A DNA stretch of 63,580 bases, filler included. It is 12 parts of 12 records of this genome, joined end to end, with 100 filler letters (N's around TTAATTAATTAA, not from the genome) between each part and the next. Parts side by side here need not be neighbours in the genome. Positions count along the whole stretch, not along the records: positions 53,098 to 59,450 come from SRR7504441_3303; positions 59,551 to 63,580 come from SRR7504441_3306; 10 more parts are not named here. The stretch is one strand, 5' to 3'. The notes under the pieces were generated by a model. It saw only the letters and a list, made by a program, of their open reading frames with translations, did no database searches and had not been told where the DNA came from. How positions within the stretch are numbered: position 1 is the stretch's first letter; every line of letters starts with the position of its first letter. This document shows, in pieces, positions 54,831 to 63,580 of this stretch. The position numbers were made by a program, and so were the translations under genes.

Positions 54831-57245
54831 TCACACTGACCATTCGTCATACAATCGCGCACTCACTTGAAGCGTGCTACCTTGAGGCGATGTGCCAACT
54901 GTGGCGCTTGTGATGCTATTGTTTGCTATCCATGCTAGCTCCCACGCTACAAGGTCAAGGTCGGACCCATTCCCAATGTTGGACCTCCAACGAGCCTGAG
55001 CAGCATCTCTCTCAACTGAGGCAATCCACTTTTGCCATCTTGGCAGATAGTAGGTGGAAACCAAGCCAGCCCACAAGCGGTATGCGTATTCTGAGAGCCC
55101 ACTGTTGTGGCTAGTCTGGGCTCTAGAGCCATGCGACACCGGGTAGCCCCAAAGAGTGACCATGCGCTTGGCAGCCGATCGGAACAGATCCACCTCTTCT
55201 GTGGTGGTACCAGCATTCTCAGCACTTTTTAAATACGTGCCAAACAAGTGAGATGATGATGTTTGAAGCAGAGTGTTCAAGCCTGACGCAATCTTGAGCA
55301 TCTTTGCTCCTGTAGCGTTCAACGCGGTGTTGTTTCTTGCCACATAAGCTCCCTTGAATTCTTGCAGCGCTGAGTAGAAGCTGTTTGAAGCTACCGTACT
55401 ACCAATTGCCACCAAGTCATATTCGTAGCCAGCACTTCCTTCCAACTGGTCTCCTATGGATATGAGCACCCGCCAGGCTTCCAACAGCTTGGAGGTGTTG
55501 TAGTAGGGCACACAGCTTGTGTCTGGAATCGACGGAGAGAATGATGGCAAGGCCGCTATTGCAGAGCCAGCGGTGCCTTGACCTTTGAAGCCATGTCCTC
55601 TGGCATCATACACCGTGTCAGCAAGCAGCTGAAAAGCACCGAATGCAGCTGCGCGCACAGTGCTGTTCCGGTGGAGCAGTCCGTAGCGAACCGTGACATA
55701 CTGTGTCGTCCACTCCTCGAGGTCAATTGGAAGCGCACCCCAGAAGGTCTTTGCAATCAAATTGAACACAATCGGGTTGGTCTCGATCGCCTCCGGTGTT
55801 TGGCCTATCCCGAGCATCAGCGTGTGGTTTCGCCGAGTCTCAGCAAGTGCCTGGGCGGGCCCAGACGAGATCGCCGAAAGAGAGGTCGAAAACAGGCCAC
55901 TCCTGCCACCAAAGTTCTCTATTGCACACCAGATGAAAGGCACACCAAGGAATGACATTGTCCGCTTATAGATCGGATTCGCAACAGCATTCAGATCCAG
56001 CATAATCAACTTGCCATGCGGGGGTGACTTTAAAAAGGCCTCAAGTTGCCTCCATCCCCACGGCGCTCGGTTTGATGGCTTCGCCACCGGTGCAGTGCTC
56101 AAAAACCACGCTTGTGCAACCCACACCGCATTTGCGTCTGCAATTGCCATCGAGTTATATATAGAGCTGCTTACATGGCTCAGATACGCTGGCTCAATAG
56201 ATGGCGGCAGCATTTCGTTGTAAGGGTCTGCCAGGTAGTAATGCGGCATGCGCTGGTCGTATCCCGTAGCCTGCAGCGCTGCCTGCTGCCGCTTGATGAA
56301 CGCTGCCCCGATCCTTGCGAACAGAGGGTCTGTGGGGTCGATCGCATAGGTACCATTGAGCATATGCCCGTGCCACGGTGGCAGGTGGTTGATGGCGGCG
56401 TGTGGATATTTGGCAGCAAGCGAGGCAGGCACGTGACCACTGAATCCAGCAAGCACTGGAGACATCCCCAGCTCGAGCTGTCGCGTCACGATGCGCTGCT
56501 GCAGCCGCAGCTGACTCTGAAGGAACCCGAGCGTAGTGCCATGGCACGGGCTGCCTTCGTAGCCATTCAGATTGCCCATCCAATGCCAAGGCTGGCAAGC
56601 AGGCGACGCGAAGAAGTTTCGCAACAGCTCGCCCTGATCAAGCCCGAGATCGTTGACGAAGACGTCGAGCCATATGGCATCCTGGCCAGTCATCGCCAGT
56701 GGCATGTTCACCCCGTTCAACGCCATCAGGTCGATCTCCCGCTCCCAGCGTGCCCAGTCCCACCACGCCGTCGAATAGCCAAAGGTGCAGATGTTGAAGT
56801 AGTGGCTCAGCTGGTAAGGGGATTGGACCACCTTGGTCGCCTCGGGCACAGGTAAGGTGACCGATGCAGCCAGCCCCGAACTGAACCAGACATCCACCTG
56901 CCCTATTCCAAAGTCATGCAGATAGCAATTGAGCGCAGATGCGATCGCCACTCCACTGCTTCCTGTAAGGGCGATCTTGCCAGCAGCACTACCCGGCCCA
57001 TAGCTGAACTGTGAGGAGGTCGTGTTGGGAGCCTCAGGGATAGTACCCCAAAGCGACGCAGTAGACGGCGGGGGGCCTCCGGCCGGTTTGGCGTCGAGTC
57101 GGACCTCGAAGTGCGCAGCTTGAGATGCCGTGAGAACTCGGCGGAGCAACGCCTCGGCCGCAGACACTGCGCGAGCGCTGCTGGCGCAGGCCTCCTCGGT
57201 TAGACCAGCAGCTGCCACCAAGCCCAGCAGCAGCCGCAGCTTCAT
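54831..57245 (-). CDS. NAGLU: Alpha-N-acetylglucosaminidase (GH89), intronless
   Basis: Signal peptide, YFNICTFGYSTAWWDWARWEREIDLMALNGVNMPLA, WMGNL, PVLAGFSGHVP, DPYNEM, PFIWC..ENFGG, TPEAIETNP and EYAYRLWAGLVSTYYLPRW. Confidence 0.95.
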   Translation of the reverse strand: MKLRLLLGLVAAAGLTEEACASSARAVSAAEALLRRVLTASQAAHFEVRLDAKPAGGPPPSTASLWGTIPEAPNTTSSQFSYGPGSAAGKIALTGSSGVAIASALNCYLHDFGIGQVDVWFSSGLAASVTLPVPEATKVVQSPYQLSHYFNICTFGYSTAWWDWARWEREIDLMALNGVNMPLAMTGQDAIWLDVFVNDLGLDQGELLRNFFASPACQPWHWMGNLNGYEGSPCHGTTLGFLQSQLRLQQRIVTRQLELGMSPVLAGFSGHVPASLAAKYPHAAINHLPPWHGHMLNGTYAIDPTDPLFARIGAAFIKRQQAALQATGYDQRMPHYYLADPYNEMLPPSIEPAYLSHVSSSIYNSMAIADANAVWVAQAWFLSTAPVAKPSNRAPWGWRQLEAFLKSPPHGKLIMLDLNAVANPIYKRTMSFLGVPFIWCAIENFGGRSGLFSTSLSAISSGPAQALAETRRNHTLMLGIGQTPEAIETNPIVFNLIAKTFWGALPIDLEEWTTQYVTVRYGLLHRNSTVRAAAFGAFQLLADTVYDARGHGFKGQGTAGSAIAALPSFSPSIPDTSCVPYYNTSKLLEAWRVLISIGDQLEGSAGYEYDLVAIGSTVASNSFYSALQEFKGAYVARNNTALNATGAKMLKIASGLNTLLQTSSSHLFGTYLKSAENAGTTTEEVDLFRSAAKRMVTLWGYPVSHGSRAQTSHNSGLSEYAYRLWAGLVSTYYLPRWQKWIASVERDAAQARWRSNIGNGSDLDLVAWELAWIANNSITSATVGTSPQGSTLQVSARLYDEWSV

Positions 57246-57337
57246 GTGAGATCGACGCCCGGGGGACAGACAGCAGCTGCGGTGAGCCCAATCGTGCCGT
57301 TATCACAACGGCATCATCGGCGAGGTCGACGCGTCGG

Positions 57338-59248
57338 ATGCCGGCCAAGACACGAGGCAAGCGCAAGGCGGCGCCGGAGCCGGCCGAGGCCGCAGCGGGC
57401 CACAAGCGGCCGCGGCACATCGACCCGAACCGTTGGAGCGCGGCCGAGGTGTCGGGCTGGCTCTCGGACAGGGGAATGGAGCAGGCGGCGCTCGGCTCGC
57501 TTCTCTCGCACAACGTCACCGGAGCCCGGCTGCTCAAGCTGCAGCCGCCGGTACTGCGCCAGACCCTGTTGCTCAGCGAGGCCTCGGCCGGCAAGATGGA
57601 GTCCGCAATCGACGAGCTGCGCGAGCTGGCGGCCGATCCGGTGGCCGCGGCCTTCCGGGAGATCGATACGGACGACTCGGGCCAAATCGACTTCGGCGAG
57701 CTGCACCAGGCGGTCAACCGGAGCGGGCGGCGGATCCCCAAGCACCAGGTCAAGCCGATGATCCGGCAGGTGGATTTGAACCATGACGGGTTGGTCTCCT
57801 TGGACGAGTTCCGGTCCATGATGCGGATGCCGATCGCGCAGGCCGGGCCTTGGGGCGCAGTCCGCCGCTCGCTCCTGGCGGACGCCGACTCGTGGATCGA
57901 TCAGATGGACCAGCTGCTGGCCCGGCTGCACAACAACGTGTTCCCGTGGGACAAAGACATGCTCTACACGCCGGCATCGGTGCTCGGCAGGCTGCTCGCC
58001 AAGCTAGCCGGTCTGCTGCCGGTGGTGCTCACACTGCTGCTGGTCAACGCACTCGAGCTGCCCACGGCCGCCCACGCGGCCATCATCGCGGCCGACATCG
58101 GGCTGGCCAACTATTCACTGGCTGTGCTCCAGTCCCCAAAGCTGCTCGCATTCACTGCAGCCAGCCTGCTCATCCCGTGCGGCTGGGCTTTGCTGCACGT
58201 GACGCTCTACTCACGCGGGTCCAACCTCGGCCATTGGATCATGGGCTACACAGCGATTCACTCGCATGACCCTTGGCCCGGGGCGACCGGAGCCAACAAC
58301 ACACCTGCTGGCTTTGTCCGGACAGTCGCGAGGCTGTACCTGCTGCCGCTGATCCTGTTCATGGCCATTGGGGCCCTTCTGACCTGGACAATCGGCGACA
58401 GTGGCGACGACGCGCTTCAGTGGGACTCGATTGGGCTGCCTCAGGCGCTCGGGCTGGTTGCGGCGTGCTTCTATGCAGTGAACTTTGGGACTGCGGCGAT
58501 GAATCTGATCAACGACGGGTCGCCACGGACCCTGACAGATGTGCTCTCCGGCACCACTGTGGTGCTGACCAGCTCCATGCTGCCCGAGGCACAGACGGCC
58601 CGCAAGAGGCGGCAAGTCGGCCGAGCCGGACTGCTCTTCGCCATGCTGCTCGTGCTGCTGGCGACTGGCGCACCGGCCTACGCGCTTCAGAGACTGGCGA
58701 ATGCTGACCAGTCTCCTGCGCAGCGGATGGATCGAGTCTGTGTCCCGACGCTCTGCTTTATGGGCGTGACCAACCCGAGTGAGTGGCAGCAATTCTCTGC
58801 CGGCCAGCCAGACAAGCAGTCCAAGCTGTACCGCACCATGGCCGAATGCGCCGACTACCTGTCCGAACTGGACGCGTCGCACACCCAATTCTACGAGATC
58901 CAGCAGCAGTGCGCGATGCAGCTCAGCCTGAGGCACGAAGTGCACGATTTGCTCCAAGCTCTTGCCCCGATTTCGCGAGAATACACCGGATGGCCGGCTG
59001 TGCGCCCAGTGCAAGGCTCGTGCTTGGCCTCGGGCGCCGGAAGCTGCATTGACACCAACGGCGATGGCGAGATTGACCGGAACGAGCTGATGCGAGCAAT
59101 CAACGTGCACGGGACTAAAGCGACCGAGCAGCGAGTGGTGGAGCTGATCAAGCAGCTTGATGCGGACGGCGACAACAAGCTCTCAGAACGCGAGTGGGCC
59201 GCCAAAGGCAAATACCAGTGGGGCCTGTGGCTGAAGGACCAGCTGTAG
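57338..59248 (+). CDS. SAM + EF-hand pair + RDD-like membrane domain + EF-hand pair protein
   Basis: SAM WSAAEVSGWL...NVTGARLLKL. EF loops DTDDSGQIDFGE and DLNHDGLVSLDE. RDD-like PASVLGRLLA...RGSNLGHWIMG...RTVAR...RTLTDVLSGTTVV. EF loops DTNGDGEIDRNE and DADGDNKLSERE. Confidence 0.72.
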   Translation: MPAKTRGKRKAAPEPAEAAAGHKRPRHIDPNRWSAAEVSGWLSDRGMEQAALGSLLSHNVTGARLLKLQPPVLRQTLLLSEASAGKMESAIDELRELAADPVAAAFREIDTDDSGQIDFGELHQAVNRSGRRIPKHQVKPMIRQVDLNHDGLVSLDEFRSMMRMPIAQAGPWGAVRRSLLADADSWIDQMDQLLARLHNNVFPWDKDMLYTPASVLGRLLAKLAGLLPVVLTLLLVNALELPTAAHAAIIAADIGLANYSLAVLQSPKLLAFTAASLLIPCGWALLHVTLYSRGSNLGHWIMGYTAIHSHDPWPGATGANNTPAGFVRTVARLYLLPLILFMAIGALLTWTIGDSGDDALQWDSIGLPQALGLVAACFYAVNFGTAAMNLINDGSPRTLTDVLSGTTVVLTSSMLPEAQTARKRRQVGRAGLLFAMLLVLLATGAPAYALQRLANADQSPAQRMDRVCVPTLCFMGVTNPSEWQQFSAGQPDKQSKLYRTMAECADYLSELDASHTQFYEIQQQCAMQLSLRHEVHDLLQALAPISREYTGWPAVRPVQGSCLASGAGSCIDTNGDGEIDRNELMRAINVHGTKATEQRVVELIKQLDADGDNKLSEREWAAKGKYQWGLWLKDQL

Positions 59249-59550
59249 ACGAGGCCTGTGCAAAGAGCGGCTAAAATTACCTCAATGCGGGTGCTGCTAC
59301 GATACTCCTACGAATGCAGGACCACGTACTCGTACGGTCATGCATACAGTATATGCGACACTATGTACGAGTATTGCGTAGTACTCGTAAGCTTACACGA
59401 CTCGTACGTACATTGCGTAGCGTCGGTTAGAGTACTGCAGCACTGCTCTGNNNNNNNNNNNNNNNNNNNNNNNNNNNNNNNNNNNNNNNNNNNNTTAATT
59501 AATTAANNNNNNNNNNNNNNNNNNNNNNNNNNNNNNNNNNNNNNNNNNNN

Positions 59551-62500
59551 GTGGCAATTCCAGTGACTGTGCTCTGCATCCCAAGGTCGACCTGCATGAA
59601 CTGGTCAGAGTCGTCCACTTGTGCCATCCAGAACATTGCTCCATTCAGCCGGCCCATCTTGCCAGCATATTGCGGCTTAAAAGAGGAGGACTGGCCAATT
59701 CTTGAGTCGGGTACATTGCCATTCTCAAGTCCCAGTGGTGTGTCATTGTCGCACACGCCATCAATCGAGATCCGCAAATCGCTGAACCCCCAGCTTTTGT
59801 CCTCACCTTTTATGTCTGAACGGAACTCGATCGATAGGCTTGTCCCGCTGTGAGGTCTGGTGATGTCAATGTCATGGTAGCATGCAGCCTCATCAACTTT
59901 GGATAGTTCGCCAACAAACTCCTTAAATGGCATGGTGCACGAGTGTGTGTCTGTTCGTAAGGCGCTCCATTCTGCTTCCGATGCTCCATCAATGTGCATG
60001 GAGGCAGGCTCGGTCTTCTCCCAAGGCCCGACTGCCCAATACCGGGCTTGCACTCTGATCCTGCTGTGGACTGGCAGTTTCCAGGTCCGTTTGACTGAGT
60101 CTGGCGAGCTGCCCCACAGGCCATGAATTTTCCCTAGCCCTTGAGTCTCGGTAAGCTGCTGGTTGCTCCAGCCTGGCCCGTTGTGGTCCACAAACCATTG
60201 GATCAGCGGCGGGCGCTTGTACCGAATGAACACATTAGCTCCGTTGTGCCCGACCAAATCGTTCGATTTGCTGCTTGCCGGATGGCTGTCCTCGGCGTAG
60301 ACAACTTTGCCTTGGGCAGAGCTGGAGTCGACCAAGCTGATCTCGCCCTGGTTCCACGTGACCTCATAAGCCGATGAAGAGATCGACGACTTGAGCACCG
60401 AGGCCTGCAGCGGGTCTCCAATCTTGCTGGTAGACCAGTCACCTACTGCCTCTTTTGTAGCAACCAGCCACTGTTTGGCGTCGCCTGTGGCAAGCATCAT
60501 TTCATTGTACGTTTCTGTGCTCCAATCGATGCTGAATGTGCTGTCAGCGGACGCATCCTTGCTTGGAACCCCGTAGCCCGCCTGGGTGCCAGCGCACTTG
60601 TCCTTGGCCGGATGCCACTTTGCGCCTGGCTTCACCCTGCGCACAAGCTTCCAGCCGCCACCATCCACACTGTAGGGGTCGACACAGCCATACAGCTCAA
60701 CTCGCATTGCAATGTGCCCAGTGAAAGTGTGTGGCTGCACCCTCACTCGCTGTGCCATGAATGGGTGCCTGAATTGGTTAGTGACCACTGTGTTGCTGTC
60801 AGAATTGGCTTCAAAAAGCACAGGCTGATCATTCTCATTGTAAGTGATGAATGTCCTGCCATCGCTGCTGAACTGCACGTGGTATGATCGAACCCACTGT
60901 TCCTCCCCCCCCGCGGCCTTGGGTGGCGATTCCAGTCACCACCGTGCGTGTGCCAAGGTCAAGCTGAAACCACTGCTCTTTGGCCAGAGCAGCCACCCAG
61001 CTCCCCCGCCCGCCCAGCCGGCCCTGAGAGGCGTCATAGCTCGGGTTGTCCTCGAAGACTGAAGATGCACTCAGCTGGCTATCTGGGATGGCGCTGTCCT
61101 GTGCGCCCAGGCTCGATGGGTACAGGCAGGAGCTGTCCAGACTAATGCTCAGATGGCTGAACCCCCACGTGGCTCCCTCCTGCCCGAGTCTGGCGCTGAA
61201 GCCCAGCTTGATCTTGGCCGCGCTGTGCTTGACAGTCACATCAATCTCTTGAATGCACAGCTTCTGGTCAACCACGTCCACCAGCGTGCCCGAGAAATCT
61301 ACAAAGTCCGGCTTGCAAGAGCTCTCGCCTTTCGAGCGCCGCCCGCGCCACTGCTGCTTGCCGTCCACATACATCGAGCCGGAGTCGTCCTGCCACGGCC
61401 CGACCGCCCAGAACCTAGCTCGGACCCGGAGGGTTGTGTGGCGCGGGATCTGCTCGAATTTCCTCTCGACCAGGGCAACAGAGCTCGGCCAGAGCCCGTG
61501 GATCTCGAACGGGCTGGGGCTGCCAGCCTGGACCTGCTTGGGGTCAGACCACTCGATCCGCTCGTGGTCGGCCAGAGTGTCCACATACCACAGCGCCTTG
61601 GACCCAACCTTCTTCCGCACAAACACATTCGCGCCGTTGTGCTCAGAGAGCAGCCCTGACTGGTCCACAGCCCTGTTGGCTGCGTAGAGCAGGTCGCTCG
61701 AGATCTCGGCCACCCGCGAGGTCTCGGTCGGACTGGCTGGCTCAGCTAGGCTGATCTGCGGGTCGGATGCCGTGCCCTGATTGAGCCAGTAAGATTGATA
61801 CTCGACCGGGCGGCTGCTTGACCGGATCACAAGCCCTGTGAGCTTGGCCTGGTCGGTGGTCCGGCTGACTTGGCCTCGCGGCACAATCATCCATTTCTTG
61901 GCGTCGCCGGTTGCGAACAGGAACTCGTTGAAGTCTAGCTCGCTGAACGGCTCGCTGAACGAGCCAGCCGCGCCCGGGTCTGGGCTGTAATCCCCGTACT
62001 TGTCGGTCCCCTCGAGCTTATCCTTGGCCTGGTGCCAGGCCGACCCGGCCTGCACCCTACGGACCAGCCGCCAGCCGCCGCCGTCGATGCTCGATGGATC
62101 GGCACAGCCGTACGCCTCTAGCCGCATGCAGATCTCTTCCTTCCACTTGGTCGGGAGTACTCGTACATACCGGCCCAGCACGGGCGAGCTCAGCTCGTTG
62201 AACACAACTGCCTCACCGTCCTTGTTGGCCTCGAGTGGCTGCGGCTCTGTCCACGTATATCCATCGGAGCTAGTTTGGAGCGTGTAGGCCTCGACCCAGG
62301 CGTCCTGATTATCGCAGCCCTGGCTGGCCAGTCCGGTCAGGAGCGTCTGCATCCCGAGGTCGAGCTGGATCCACTGGCCGGTCCCGCTCGACTCCGGCTG
62401 CCAGCCGCTCAGCTTTTGGTTCAGTCGGCCGGTGCTCGCTGGCCTCAGTTCAGAGGAGGCGGTCAGCTGTCTGTCAGCCAGACTGCCGTCCTCCATACCG

Positions 62501-63580
62501 AGAGCGATCGGGTTGGAGCAGAAGCCGTCCAGCTCCACCCGCACATCGCTGAACCCCCAGCCAGCAACCGTGCCCTCGCCGCCATTTGAGAGCCCAAACT
62601 GGAGCTGGAGCTGGCTGGCCACGTGCTCGGCCGTCACACTCAGATCGGCAACGCACTTGAGCTCGCCGCTGCCCCCGATGACCGTGTCTGTCTCGGCGAA
62701 GCCTGGCGGGCAGCTTGGCTTGGTAAGCTCGTCCTCAGACAGCTCGCAGCTCGGGTCGTCTAGCTTCTTCTCAGAAGTCGCGCACGGCTTAACCTTGGCA
62801 CAGACCTCCTTGCGCTCGGCCAGTTGGCCCTTGCCGGTGCAGCACTCGGTGTACTCCTTGTATGCATGGCTGAGCTGGAGACACAGATCGGTCGACTCGT
62901 CCTGAGTGAGCTTGTCGCTCTGCCAGATTGTCTTGCCGTCCAGAGACAAGGAGCCCTGCACCTCCTCCGGCCGGACCATCCTGCCCCGCACGCTCAGCCC
63001 ATCCGGCCGGCCGGCGCACCAGAACTTGGCGCGGACCCTCAGTTGCGAGTGAGCCGGGGCGTGATCCATCGCTGCCTCCACCTCCTGCGTGCTCTCGTCA
63101 AACAGCCCATGAAGCCACCCGTCCTCCATCGAGCTTCGGGCCGGGTTGCTCCAGCCGTTGCCGACTGTCCGCCAGAGGTACATCACCGGCTTCTTCTTTC
63201 TAACAAACACGTTGGCGCCCTGGTGTTGCAGAACATTGTTGTACATTGTCAGCACTCCATTCTCCTGATACAGCAGCCCGGCAGCCTGGACACCCTCCTG
63301 CCCGCCCGACAGCCCGATCTGCGGGTCCTGCTGGCTGCCTTTCCTGTGGTTCCACGATGCCGTGTGAGGGTAAAGCTTCTCGGATGACTTGATGATCTGA
63401 CCTTGAAACCCGACTCCGGCCCGAGCCGCTTGGTTCTTGTCGGTGATCAGCCACTTTCGCATGTCGCCGGTGGCCAAGAGTAGCTGGTCGTAACCGCGCG
63501 CCGCCGCCTCGAACTCGATGCTGAACGTCTGAGCGGCGGTAGGGTCTGTGGTCCGCTCGCCGTACTCTTCGGTCCCGCTC
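59551..63580 (-). CDS. Large repetitive extracellular protein with F5/8 type C (discoidin) domains; truncated at both ends, one frameshift
   Basis: Three F5/8C starts (LGMEDG..ADRQLTASS; LGAQD..IPDSQLSASS; LGLENG.VPDSRIGQSS) with QWxQLDLG..TxxTGIATQG and C-terminal MRxExYGC. They alternate with GGGWxLVRRV...FATGD..W...GANVFVR and HGLW...RVRARFWA...WGFS modules. Confidence 0.85.

Noticed and set aside
37870..57245. GNS-like sulfatase plus NAGLU as a heparan-degradation cluster
   Set aside because: They are on different contigs separated by artificial spacers, so linkage cannot be inferred.
57338..57830. STIM orthologue
   Set aside because: The order is SAM then EF, with no signal peptide, multiple TMs and no CAD/SOAR coiled coil.

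Overview
This is not a continuous locus. It holds 12 unrelated contig fragments (about 3-11 kb) joined by identical 100-bp artificial spacers (44 N + TTAATTAATTAA + 44 N). The DNA is nuclear DNA of a GC-rich, gene-dense microbial eukaryote that I cannot assign to a lineage. Genes are interrupted by very short introns (mostly 29-45 nt), often with GC-AG ends and no polypyrimidine tract, and many genes sit head-to-head less than 130 bp apart. Recognisable genes: ECD/SGT1, a B3GNTL1/QTGAL-like GT2, a two-pore channel, an SLC45/SUT transporter, an NSDHL-like 3-beta-HSD, an aldo-keto reductase, two JmjC/cupin proteins, a GNS-like sulfatase, GH89 NAGLU, a class-3 lipase, a bacterial-type short MetF and a repetitive discoidin surface protein. 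The most notable items are unusual domain architectures: CAP-Gly/EF-hand/RBR; 4xUBL/Ig/U-box-like; SAM/EF/RDD/EF; a Cys-His-Glu papain-like fold with EF-hands; TMEM43-RING; and QTGAL with an inserted Zn finger. Several intronless bacterial-like genes also stand out. All domain calls come from motifs recognised by eye, and exon boundaries are manual predictions. I saw no rRNA, tRNA, CRISPR array or transposase.
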